From the NCBI GenBank assembly GCA_965235115.1, contig OZ249436.1, forward strand, positions 9,920,001 to 9,984,000: a DNA stretch of 64,000 nucleotides. The letters are read 5' to 3'. Every line of letters begins with the position of its first letter. The first letter of the stretch is position 1. Below are positions 48,947 to 61,300 of the stretch, in pieces. This DNA is from Laetmonice hystrix. Lineage: Eukaryota. Position numbers and translations under genes: made by a program. The notes below the pieces were generated by a model. That model worked only from the letters and a program-made list of their open reading frames with translations. It ran no database searches and was not told the DNA's origin.

Positions 48947-51900
48947 CTGCAAAATAAAATGATAATAATTAGACAAATGAATCTTCTGAAGCGTTCTACA
49001 ACGCCTTAAATGAGGTTCAATAAGTCAAATTTAACTAGATAATTTGACATAGGTCTTATCAACAGAGGGAGCCTATCACTCAAACACATTCCAAAACACA
49101 CGCGCAGACAGAGCCTGCTTGATGTACTCATGTGGCCAATATCTCAATCAGAACTTTCGTGTCTTTTTGGAGTTGTTTGAGTAAACAGAAAGAAATCAAA
49201 GGATGCTGACATATGCTGGAAACTTTGAAACCGTTTCTAGAAACGGTTTACAAAATGTTACAACCCAAGTGATTGCTAATTATCGCCATGGTTGCTATGT
49301 GACTGAAAGCCACTTTGGTCTCGTCGCACATTCTCTGGGCGCGGTTTATGACGTACGCAGACGAAGACGCGTCAAGCGCCACCTGTGGGACATAAATTAG
49401 GGCGATCTGTCAGAGGAGGCCACTCTGAGGTTGGCAGGAGTCGTTTTAAATTGCGCGACACCTGCAGTCTGCGAGCAACAGGCTGCCTCCGTTATTCACC
49501 GTCTTTAGCCCCTCACAACCACGGGTAAAGCCACTTCCTAGACGTGGCTGTCCGCCACCCCTTGTTCGCGGTGTATATATCAACGGATTACACAAAATCT
49601 TTCTGGCAAACTCATCGTTTCCGCTCTTTTAAAAACTGACACTTTTACATGTTGTAGTTGGTTTACAACGAGCAAAACGATTTTCCCGATGAGAACATCA
49701 ATCTTTTAGTTAAAAAGTTAGACCTGTTACGAGCTCTTTACATATGAACGCAGGCGCAACAGAAATGTTTCGTTCCAGTTGCCGAGGGAAAAGTTCGGAA
49801 ACTATATGATATCAACGTTTATTACAATGATATCCTCAGGTCAGTCGTGAGGACATATACCGGAATAGTAAGTTATTCTGGTAAATCCCCATGTTCTGTT
49901 GTTTGTCAAAATCTGACATGAAAACTGAGCTATTACCTAACAAGGACCGAAGTCCTGCTGTAGCGAAGTTTGCCATTGAGAGGAAAAGCAGTGTGAAAAG
50001 TGACAAATTGACTTCTTTCACAGACAAATAATGAGGGGCTGTCAAAGGGCCTTTGTAGATAGGGTCTTCTAGATTGCAATCTGGCATCTTTAGACTGACG
50101 GACTGAGTACTCCAGATCAATTAAGTCGGCAAATAGCATGGCAATTGGCTTCTGACAATCTCGACACGCCAAACGTCATTAGCGGAGTAAATGCTGATGA
50201 GATCTGGTAGTTGATAACCAAGTCCCATGGTTAACGAACAGTTTCCTCTGTAAGACATCGACAGAAAGTTATGCCCGAACGTCAACTGAAGGCCACACAC
50301 CACGTCCGAAGACGGGCCCGATTCAAAGAGAAACGCCGAGGATGAGATGGCGTAGTTCTGAGGCGACAATTAGTATGACTAATTACAGAGGTACAGCCAG
50401 GAGCATTTCGGTAATATTACCGATTCTGTATCATTTCAAGTGATGTCCCTCTTGGCAGTGATCCGGACAACAAAGAACGAGCGAGATGTAAATTTATGTC
50501 ATGTCTGCTATACGAAAGTCCGGTGAAGGTACCGGTAACTTTTAAGATCCATCTAGACCCTAAGGCTACGGGATGGTGCACTACAAGGTAGGTTCCCTCT
50601 ATGTTGTAAGTGCTATGGGAGGGCGTGTACATGTGAAGCATATATATCGATTGAGTCCAGATCCAACAAGGTGACAATGGACACACCACTAAACACATAT
50701 CGCACACGGCAGTAATTCGTCAAAAAGAAGACTCTCTCAATGCATACCTCGGTAGAAGCCTGTGGGGGTCATGAACACATTGGGAGAAAAGGCGGTCAGT
50801 GGCCGCCAGCACTCGCCGTCTGAAAGACCTCACTCGGCCGTGGACGCTCACAGCCACACAGGGTCGTCGTTCTCGCAGCATTTAGCTCACAATACATTTT
50901 ACGCGCTGTCGCATGCTCTCAAAAGACTAAATCACCTTGAAAACAATCTCACGGGTGTATCAAAGGCTCATGTTTGGATTTACATTGGCCGCAATCGTCA
51001 ACATATCATCTCATAAGGTGTGATCTAGGCCGCTCTGGGCCGCTCGCGATTTAAAGCAATTCCCATTTGCTTGGAAAATACGTTGACCCCGTGTCGTGCT
51101 GAATCAAGTGTTAGCCAGGCGTGAACTCGGTGAAAGGAGGTAAGAGTGTACAAACTGGAGGTAAACGTATAAACGGGTCGATGCTATCATGATGGGAGTC
51201 GGAAACGAATTTTGGAAAGGAGGCGAAGACTTCCTACTTTTCTGATTGTCTGACTATCGTGTTAAAGCGGAGATATGTAACAGAATAATAATGCCCCGAC
51301 CGATGAAACGATCACCTGACTGCTGGCAAACATGCTGCCAACATTCCAGAGCTATAAATTTGTCAGTTTTGAAAGTTATTAGGATCTGCCGATTTAGATT
51401 CCCAGTGTGGACTGGGTCAATTATCTGAGGAGTTAGTCGATTGCAGGAAGAGGCGGAACACTCCAAAAGGTTAGGCCACCCACAGGTTTGCAGAGCTTCT
51501 ACACTTGTTGAAGGCTTTACAAAATGTCAGAAGGCTGAAGAGGAAACCCAAGGCTCTATGCGCATAAGTTAAAGCAATATCTCAGTTGCTTCTACTGATA
51601 TGCGATTCGATGCCCTAGGACCCCAATACTTTTAAATTAAAGCTTTGGCTCCTAAGCCCACTATACGCCTGAACGACAATTAATGGCCAAGGAATAACAA
51701 AGACACCCTTTACCCATCAATTGTGCTCAGTGTCGGGGCTGGCTGACGCGGAGGCCCTTACGTGCATGCCGCCACACACCAATATGTCTGCTCGTTTAGC
51801 AGCATTTGCTTGCCTCAATAAAAACGATTTGCGCGGTTCAATTGAGGCACAAAGGGTCCGACAAAGGACGTCAACTATGGTCATCCTGAGGAGCACATTC

Positions 51901-52420
51901 CATGGCCTTCTCCTGGGTTCTCCATGGTAAGTGTCCTATTAGGGCTAGTTATGGGTTCGTTCTCACTTCATCATCGCTGACGTAGGACTTGGAAATGATC
52001 ACGGGGTGTAACTATAGAAACGATCCCGTTCTGACTGCAGCTTTACCAGATCCCCGAACACCTTATAACCTAGCCGCCCATAGAATACTGTTTTGTCGTA
52101 CGACTGTATACATCCTGTAGGCCTACTCGACTATATATCTGGCACATACTGAACGAGGGGGTTCTCATGACACGAAAAGTGTACCATTTCCACAGTTCCT
52201 GAAACAATGGTTCCTTGAATTATGAGATCAACCCTCTAACCGCCAAGACAGCAATTTGATTTCTGTCCTATACACTACTGTAAGGCTAGTTATGATGGAT
52301 TTGGAGTTTGGCCTTGGGTCAGTATTTTTGGTATCCCTTTGACACAGTGAGCCAGAAGGTTGACTGGTGGTGAAGATAAGGCAGGTTGACGAGTAGGCCT
52401 AAAGAACCTACCTGATTTAC

Positions 52421-52477
52421 CTCGTCCTCCCGGCGATCGTGTGGCAGACCAGGTCGGTGTTGTCAACTTGGGAATCT
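52421..52477 (-). CDS. Ntn: Netrin linker exon (57 nt; 66 nt if the second donor at 52412 is used)
   Basis: ttttacattctag|AG ATT CCC AAG...CGA G|GTAAAT. Encodes (K)IPKLTTPTWSATRSPGGR(D), equivalent to the KIP... Ser/Thr/Pro linker of netrin-1; phase 1-1. Confidence 0.85.
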
Positions 52478-53844
52478 CTAGAATGTAAAAAAACGGTACT
52501 TTGTGTTAAAACTCCATTCTCACTTGATAGGACCTACATTCTATATTGTCAAACCGGAAACACAGTTTTCAACTGATTAAGAATTTATTAATCGCACACC
52601 AAAAAGACAAGAAGAGAGCAAACCTAGTTCATGACATCAAGTTCTCAATACCATCTAAATATATCTTTAAGTTCCTCTGTAGTCGTGGTATGTTGGAAAT
52701 ACAGAACAACTGTAGAAGTGCACTCTGTACTGATATATCAGGTGTTAGATATACACGTAGTTTTACATGTTATTAACAGAAGACACGTATAGAGGGCGAT
52801 CATGCCTTAACTGGGAATCATCCGACCACCATCAACATGAACACGATAAAGCAAGCGGCATCCGTGCATATATAGCAGTGGCCAAACCACGCCTTGGATC
52901 GGTTACATGTCATGAGACAAGTCAAATGGCGGGATCCTGTGTTTTTACTTGATATAACAGAACCAAGACAATGTACGTGCGTCGTCCTTAGGGCCTAATA
53001 TCCGTAGAGATGTTCGTCTCACGTTTGTTGCTGCCAACCGACATGAAGCGTTGCATTTCCGTGTCCGGTAAAACGTTAGCATTTGTTTTTGCTGTAGGCC
53101 TACATCATTACATTATTGAAAATCTAAAAACTCCTTTCACGGGACGTCGGGAATTCTTGCGGCGAAGAAGTTTTAAGCAGTAACATTGTGTTTCACCGCG
53201 AGGCAGAACTCCTAAATAGAAATGTCTTTGCTTTGTATTTGTAAGTAGGGAAACCAAAGCATGCTAAAGAAATAAAGAACTAACTTGATACCGCATTAAG
53301 TACATTTCCGTCCCGTGCTTCGTTGATCTCCACAGTGCCTGTAAGACAGTATACGGTATATCAAACACGTTCGTGCCACAGACGTAACGAACTAGCCAGG
53401 GGTGAAACACATTCAAGCAGGCCGCCGCCGTAAGCTGCCCTGATCGCCAGTTGGACCCTTTTTCTCAGCGTTTTAGTGTTTTCCATAGTGTCCACGATGC
53501 AAAAAGTCATTGTTAGCCTAGAACGCTGCATTCTGTTGTCTCTACTGCTGCGGCTTCCGGTAGATGGACCAGTTAGGACGCTAGTCGTCACCGGATGTGA
53601 CGTCATGCAAGGTTGTTCATTCCTTAGCGTTCCTACGTGGGGCGGAACCTGTGATGGTGATCTCTTGGTCTAAACTCCAGTATGTTAGAATGGACTCAAT
53701 TCAACTAAACAGGTGGATTTTCATGCGGGAACTGCTACTTGTAGAGGGATATGTGGGTTCAGTATCCGTCATGCGAGACATAGAGAAAAACAAACACGAT
53801 TGGACAAGGACAGTGTCCGATCCTAGCACTGAGCCTGCGCTCAC

Positions 53845-53970
53845 GTGTCCAGTCGGCAATACCGGACCGTGATCTTTGGATAATTTCTTTTCGAGGTATT
53901 TGCGTTATGTCAGGCTTGGTTTGACAAACGGGGTCCTCGGAAATACCTTCAGGCTGTCGACTTTCACATT
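53845..53970 (-). CDS. Candidate in-frame cassette exon in the netrin linker (126 nt, unverified)
   Basis: Acceptor ccctttgtctgcag|AA, donor ACA C|GTGAGC, phase 1-1, no stop codon. No recognised homology. Confidence 0.3.
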
Positions 53971-54931
53971 CTGCAGACAAAGGGTCTAATAAACGAGTGA
54001 GATATAATACATAAAACGTAGAGGAAGGTGATCTAAGATAGTTTAGCATTTCTTGGTGGATCACCTTGAGTTCTATTGCTCCAAAGCGACGACATAATTC
54101 TTTTACACGTACACATTTGTGCCCTTCTATTGTGGTCTAAACGTAGGTCGGGATATTTTTAACAATGGCAGGTTCCTAATAGTGCCATTACCTGGCTATA
54201 CATCTCAGCCTTCTCTATAGACACTGTGCATACAGGGAACACATAAACACACACTGATAGAACACGGTGGTCTTTTCAAGGCGATAGAGTACGCCTACGT
54301 ATACATTAGTTACTCTGCTGATTTTCCCTCTTTCCCTGAATACTAGAGCATTTCTCCTTTTAAAGTCTCGTTTCATATTAGGCCAAAAGTAAAACTTGCG
54401 AATTACCTAAAGCAGTAGGGCGTAATGTTATTTCCCCCGTTTGAGTTCTATTTATAGGCCTAGCTATAGGCCTACCTAAGCCTGCTATTCTTGGGTGTCT
54501 TTCAGATTTGATGACAGCACGTCGTATCTCGAGTCTAAAGTCACTGGGGTGCATATACACCCCAGTGACTTTCCTACTTCCTACGAATAGCAGGTTAAAC
54601 TTAAAACAAACTTGCGATAGTTGAGGAACGTACCTCTAGCTAGTTGCTAGGGGTAAAATGTTCACTAAATTCCCTAAGATACTGCTTATAATGTGCATAC
54701 AGGCTCATTATGACCATGACTAAACAGATCGACAGATCAACTAAAACCTGAGTGAAATCTTAGACCACTTAGGACTATACAAGCACATACAGCGGGCAAC
54801 AGTACTGATAGGATTTTTCAAATGTGTCAATCGTGCACGATGCTCGACAGACGATGGCTGCTATTGGTTGATTGATGAGTGGTCGCTATTGGCTGCTGGT
54901 GACGTAACCAGGAAGACGTCAGAGCACTTAC

Positions 54932-55081
54932 TTATGCACGGCGCCACGGGCGAGCGGCTCTGCTGGTAACCTTTGGCACACCTGTTACAGGTCGTGCCCG
55001 TCACTCCGTCCTTGCAGGGACATTGTCCAGTTGTCAGGTTGCAGGTCTTGCCGAGCGCTCCCACCGGGTGGCAGTCACAAG
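54932..55081 (-). CDS. Ntn: Netrin (netrin-1 type) exon encoding laminin EGF-like repeat V-3 (150 nt)
   Basis: tttcag|CT TGT GAC...ATA A|GTAAGT. Encodes [50 protein letters not shown], diagnostic for netrin-1/UNC-6. Confidence 0.97.
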
Positions 55082-55376
55082 CTGAAACATATAGTCGTAA
55101 ATATTGCAATTATGACCGCCAAATTATGTGGAAATATGTTGCTTATATTTGTAGTTAACTGTAACGTTAAAAACAGTAGAATGAACATTTCAGGTGAGTT
55201 CGTAGAGGATCATATGTTGTGAACCCTTTCAATGTTAGACACACCGAAACCTTTTAAGGTTTGAGTCACAGTCGGGTCTAGGGACTCTTGAACGACCTTC
55301 CCGTATCTTTTGGTCACCTTCAGCCAAAAGGCCTGAATACTCCAACTACGCCCTTCGACATTTGAACGCGTTAAGT

Positions 55377-55603
55377 GTCATTCACACTGGCACGAACGCG
55401 AGTGTGTACGAAATTCGTAAGGCTTTGCGAATTCGTAGGAAAAATCACAGAGGTGGGGGCCAAGTTCGTAACAGTTCGTAGGCCTACGACTACTTGCGAA
55501 TTCGCAAGCAGCAAAAATTTAGTTCCTAGAACGTCGAAAATGTACGAAGTTCGTACGACGATAAAGTTCATACGGCTAAAAGGTTCTGTTTAGTGTGAAT
55601 GGC
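55377..55603. mobile_element. PIF/Harbinger-like MITE in a netrin intron
   Basis: Termini GTCATTCACACT and AGTGTGAATGGC match 11/12 as inverted repeats; TTAA-like flanks; interior rich in TTCGTA/TACGAA subrepeats. Superfamily assignment is inferred. Confidence 0.55.
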
Positions 55604-58236
55604 CTTTTAATAGACGACACCAATGCCGTGCCAGTGCCAGCTGCTATATGTGCCTAGATGGGGACATCACCCCGACCACACATGGGCCAATGGGGACAAC
55701 GCTAAAACATATGAATGCGTTTTTAGCTGTACGAAAGGTTATACGAGTTTACGTACGCCTACAGCATTTCAAATATCGCGGTCGCATTCATATACCTTCG
55801 CCACCACCAGATGTTGCCGTTTCGGCTGGAAGGTCCCCTCTCCGATAAGTCCTCAAAGGTTGCTACTGGCAGGGAAAGATCAGTTTTCTTTATTAAAACC
55901 AGGTTCCTTACAGTTTTCGAGAGGTACGCTTATTTTAAAAGTTATCTACATATAACGGCGAGTGTCCTCAGTCAGAATAGGTACTGCAGTATAGACCTCC
56001 GTCGGTAGACTCCCATTGGTTGCAGATACTGGCGCGATCATGAGAAGCACGACACGCATGGGTACACACAAATGACACGTTTTACGTCATCTCGTATATA
56101 ATTACAAATGATCGAGGCGGCACTGATTTAGATCCGACTGGTGATCATACCGCTGGCCCTGTTCAAGCTGTTCACGGTCAGCGACGATCGGCCCCTATCG
56201 GCCGCTCATGAGCACCGTGAACGAACGACCCGTTCAAGTGAACCTGGCAGGCTGATATCGGGTAAATTACCCACATCATTTCCAGACCCAGACCTTCTGA
56301 GAATTGGGCTTATTTACACGGTGTTTTGAATTATGGTACATCCTGTAGGGCGCTAGTGCGCATGATCCAGATGGCTACAGTATGTATTCATGTACTGTGA
56401 TTTCAAACTCGACCCAAGGAATCCTTGCCAGGTTTCAGTTTTTCTGAGGGATGTGATAAAACGGGTAAGATGTACGTATAATTATAACCAAACGCGGCAT
56501 TCGAAGGTATGTTTGTAAAAACAGTCTCGACTCGATATAGGCCTATCTCTTTCCGAGTGCAGTATTTATCCTTGGGGTAATAAAGGTGTGATTTGTCCCG
56601 GAAATAAAGCATCCCAGTTATGTAATATGTAATCATGAACGATAATTTGTTCTTACTGCAGGAAACCATTGTGTAATATTCTATTGGTACAAAGTTCATC
56701 ACATATTAAAAATATTATACCGAATTTATATTTACTGGTCATTTTGATGAGAGCTGTGGAGCGTACATGGTAAAAGGTGAGCTGTTATATGAATGAACCA
56801 TAAAACATGCCAACAGTCATAAAAGTCATCATTTCTGCTCATTAACCAATTCCTGCTGCTTGGAAACGTAAGAAAAAATATCCGATGACTGGCTATGCCT
56901 AAAAGTTCGAATATTTTTATAATATATGTTAGAAACACGATGAATTCCGCGCATTCCCTCAGCTCGGTCGGCATCAGATAGCATGGAATGGACGACGGTT
57001 ACTGGTTGAACGGAATTTATTGATATGCTGAAGTTATTTCTACATATCACATAACAGAACTTGAATGTAAAATATGACGAGGATCAATATGTCGACTTGG
57101 ACAAATTTATATCTAAATCTTCGGCTCTGTTTCCCAAACTGTTCAGTATCTCCCCTCACTGAAATATCCGGTGTGGTTACTATGAAGGTGGGCCCTAACG
57201 CGGCCCACATGCAGAGATCACGAACATGTAGGAGGCAGCGGTAAGACGGCCGGAAAGATCAGGAGCTGGGCAATCAATTAGACTGCGAATAGACAGATAC
57301 AGACACACCTAACGCCCCGTAACTGATGATGGCAGAGTTAGTCTGCTGCCCTTGGCATTATAAACCTACTGGTATAGGATCAACTCTCTCACCAGGAGGG
57401 TTGCAAGGTTCTCACTCTCTCCATTCAACATTTCAACATGTCTGCAAAAGGTTTCGTTGCGTGCTGCAGTGTTGCCTACCTCCAGACGTCCCATTCATCC
57501 ATAGCAAAACTTTTGCAGAAGATCATAACACATCTTCTGAACCTTTTAACATGATCCTTTTAGTTAACATTTCGAACGATAAAATTGGGTAAGACAAGAT
57601 TGCAAAAGAAAGTTAGGCCTGGAGCCTCAGCCAGTCCATTGAAAATAATATTATACAACATGGCCGAGGAGATCCAAGAAAAGCCCCCTTTTCATGTAAG
57701 ATAAAGGGCTAGACTAGAGCCAGAGCGAGGTAGGAGTCCCACTTGTCCCAACAGCACGTCTCGGGCTCGCCTACTTGCGAGCCCTGACAACGAGTCGGTG
57801 AGGGTCAAGTGGTGTTGCCATCAGACCAGGGTTGCGAGCCGAAAACGCGGCACCCAGAAGGAATATTTTCCCATACCGTCGTGCCCACTCAAGGGTCGAC
57901 TGTTATACCTGCGCATGTTGGGAACAATAAAGTTGTGGGCGTGTGGAATGACACCGCACGGTAAGCGTGTAAACGCTGAGGCCCTAATACGGAAACAAAA
58001 CAAAAATTGCCCTTCACGCTTCGTGGATAGCTTACAAAAATCGACCAGGGCGATTATACCCCATGGCGAGATAACGTAATCAGAGTAAATCATTATGCAT
58101 TCTACTTTAGGGTGTGGAATCACAATGTCTAGCCACTGGATCAGGTACTCGTGTTCATACTGTAGCCGACCTACCCTATTTAACTACAAGGCAGTTCTGT
58201 GTCGGTGGTGTCTGGCAGAGTTCTATGGTTATAGCC

Positions 58237-58330
58237 AGTCCCGACTCCACCAAAACTTTACGCCATGGGAGGGTGGAGTCAGAGTCCCGACTCCACCAAA
58301 ACTTTACGCCATGGGAGGGTGGAGTCAGAG
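58237..58330. repeat. Exact tandem duplication of a 46-bp unit that contains a hairpin
   Basis: (AGTCCCGACTCCACCAAAACTTTACGCCATGGGAGGGTGGAGTCAG)x2; each unit has a GACTCCACC / GGTGGAGTC 9-bp inverted repeat. Confidence 0.9.
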
Positions 58331-61300
58331 GGTTGGGGCAGTCACCATCGAACGGACGTGTAAACCTTCTATACCCAGGTGCGATTTTGATTTCAGGTCC
58401 GATGAATGTAGAGCCTTTGACTTTAATGGTAACGTTTCCACTACAAGTTCCGAAGGTATAAACACTATCCAAGTACGTTATGTTCGCTCCCTCATCCTTC
58501 GGGAGGGGGAGAGTTAGGATGCGTTTTGTGCATGGAGGACATGTAGGATTTGATAAACGTGAAGTCTCCTGACGTGTTACAGGTCACACTTGGAGTGAGT
58601 AAGTAATGGTGGTTTTACAACGTGTCGTAATAAAGGACACTCGGAATCCAAGTTCTTGTCCCCGCTCCCACTGGATCTTCACATATAATAGACGAAATAA
58701 AAGTTGGAAGATGTTTCCAGAAACCTGAATACACTCGGATGTGAAGAGTCCTTGACTCCGTGCGCCGTTGGTGGCAACTTCTTGTTGCGCCACATCTGTG
58801 AGCCAACCCCTCGCGAAGAGCAGTTTTCTGGTATGAACGCATATCTTCCCTTCACTGGACAGTGACTCCAGTCATCGAGGTATTCAAGGCGGATCAGGAT
58901 GACCATCTACACAATTGCCTTTTTGCCTCGTTACTGGATTTATATGAGACGGGATGTCAAAATTGTAGATATTCTGACACTTCTGACAACATGGGCCCAT
59001 GTCATCGCATGACCATGCCCTTTCACTGTGATTTGGGTGGCTCCCCTCCATAAAAGAGTATGCATTCCCCTGCTGAGTCCCGCCACTATAGAACCATTCA
59101 ATACATAAAAAACACTGTGTTCCCACGGTAGGATATTTTCAAAATGATCATGGCAGCGACCTGATGATTGCATGACACGCCCGGCTATTGTACACTCTAT
59201 GTATACAAAACTGAACATTTAGGCCAAACGCTACAGGATGTCCAATTCTACGTCTTGCGACGTTCTCCATTGTGTGCGGCGTCTCGCAGACACAACACAA
59301 GCGTTCGATTGACGCTGTCTGACAACACAACCGTTCTCGTCAACCACCACACTTAAGGCCAGCTTCCGACAGATAACTCACACTGGCAATATATTATTCC
59401 TAACAATGTCCTCCTGCAAACCTGCGCTTCGACGTTGCTCCCACAATATAGTGGTACTTTTTTAAAGGATCACACAATGAAACATGACGGAGGCCTTTCG
59501 ATACAGGAAAACTGAAGGAAGGCATTTTTATTTCTAGACGTGATCATACAAGTGGTAAGGACGTGAGGCCATAGCCAAAAAAATCAAACCTAACGAGTAT
59601 TAGGTAATGTGATTGACTATGGAATCTCACAGAGCTGCCGCTTTTGACTTTTGATGAACTCGGCAAATACCGGCCATTCGTAAGTTGACGAGGAGTTTGC
59701 ACAATCGAGGCAAATGAGAGACACACATGTTGTAGTGATTAAAAACTTTTGCACTTTAATGGTAACATGATATTCAGGACTTCCGCCAGGTTTCAAGACA
59801 GGTAAAGGGTTCAAGGTCGACGGTTAGAACAAGTATCTCATGTCGAGGAGGTTAACGGTATATAACTCGGACCTCAGTCACGGGTTGCCTCCGCGGAACA
59901 TGTATTACAGCAGAGTTTACACCACGTGAGTGACGTCATTACGTGCCTCAGTAACTTCAACATGACATTGAATGTAGCAAGAACTCACTGGCTTCACGGT
60001 CGTCAATGTGACTGGTATCCCGCTACCAATTCTTCGCCAATATACAAATGTACTTCACGAGTGTCTGGGAATCAATGACGACAAATACAAATAACGGCTG
60101 TAAGAATAAGCAGAATTTCATCTACTGGCGGATAATAAGACAATTTATTTCAAGTCACTGCCGGGTATTGGTGCCCGCTCGAGTGGACCTGAAAGGTCAT
60201 GAAGTCATCGTCATAACCAATCAAAGAACGCTCGTCCATGACGTTAATGAAAATGGATACCACTTCAAGAGATGTTCTCATTTAGACCGACAGAGTAGCC
60301 TCTAATCACTTCGAAAACATGTTCTTGTGTGGCGACTGCTACTGAATCGTCGTCAGGTTATAGCACCTGACTGCATGCCAAGGGAGCGGCTGCAAGCGTG
60401 CACAAGAAGAAATAACGGACACTAAAGTAACTCTGGCATACATACTTGTGTCTTTATCACAATGACGCCTTTATCACCAAACCATGCAAAGTATCCAAAC
60501 GCTCTCGTAAAACATTCAAGTCTTCATGGTGCGATATCAGCTTTTTGTGCTTTGACGCTGAAGACAAAATTTGTCACTGACACAGAGGGAATCTACTGCG
60601 CATCAAATGGAGTGCTCATTTGGCCGTCAAGGACCATTCGCAGATTTCTGATTAACTCCTGCTTTAAACCTTATGATATCAGGGATGAAGTACTCAGAAT
60701 ACCGCTAGGAGACATGCAACACAGGACTTGGTGCTATGCTTAATGGTGTACCACGAGGCCAAAGTCGCCGATAGGCGTAATAGGAAGTAATATCAAACGC
60801 CGCCAGTTTGACTGATAAATCGGTTCCCAACTTCGCAGGGGAAGCAAAGAAGTTCATTGCATGAGTGAGAAATTTTACAAAGCAGTTACGGTCTCATTCA
60901 TTGGCGAGTAAAAACAAGGCAATAAAGGGAGCTCGCAGCCGGGGCTCTGTCAGCAGTGGAATCCGAACGGTTCACGTAGTGCTCGCTAAATCACTCCGCT
61001 TCCATCGAGAGGTCAACCACAGATGAGTCTCATGTCGGCAGAGGCTGGAGCGTAGTGGCTTCACTCGGTGGCCGCAGCAGGGTCGCCAGACCATAACAAC
61101 GCGGGATTACAGATAGTCCTATAATGGATTACCATAAATCTTGCCCGTGGAAAGCTGGCATGGAAGCACTTTGGTCAGTAGAATATTGTCGCCCAATGAC
61201 TCCGCCCTTCCTCATGCCATTTAAAGAAGTTCTCATCTAGATTTTAAAGTTTGATGGTAACTCGGCGGGGTACATCAGACTCCTTGGGCAAGGCCTCGTA

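Noticed and set aside
20726-51482. Gli-like sites (AACCACCCA 20726, GGCCACCCA 31141 and 51474), attractive for a Hedgehog-responsive netrin
   Set aside because: None is the perfect GACCACCCA, and a few single-mismatch 9-mers are expected by chance in 64 kb.
58237-58330. CRISPR-like palindromic direct repeat
   Set aside because: Only two units, no spacer, no cas genes, and a eukaryotic intron context.
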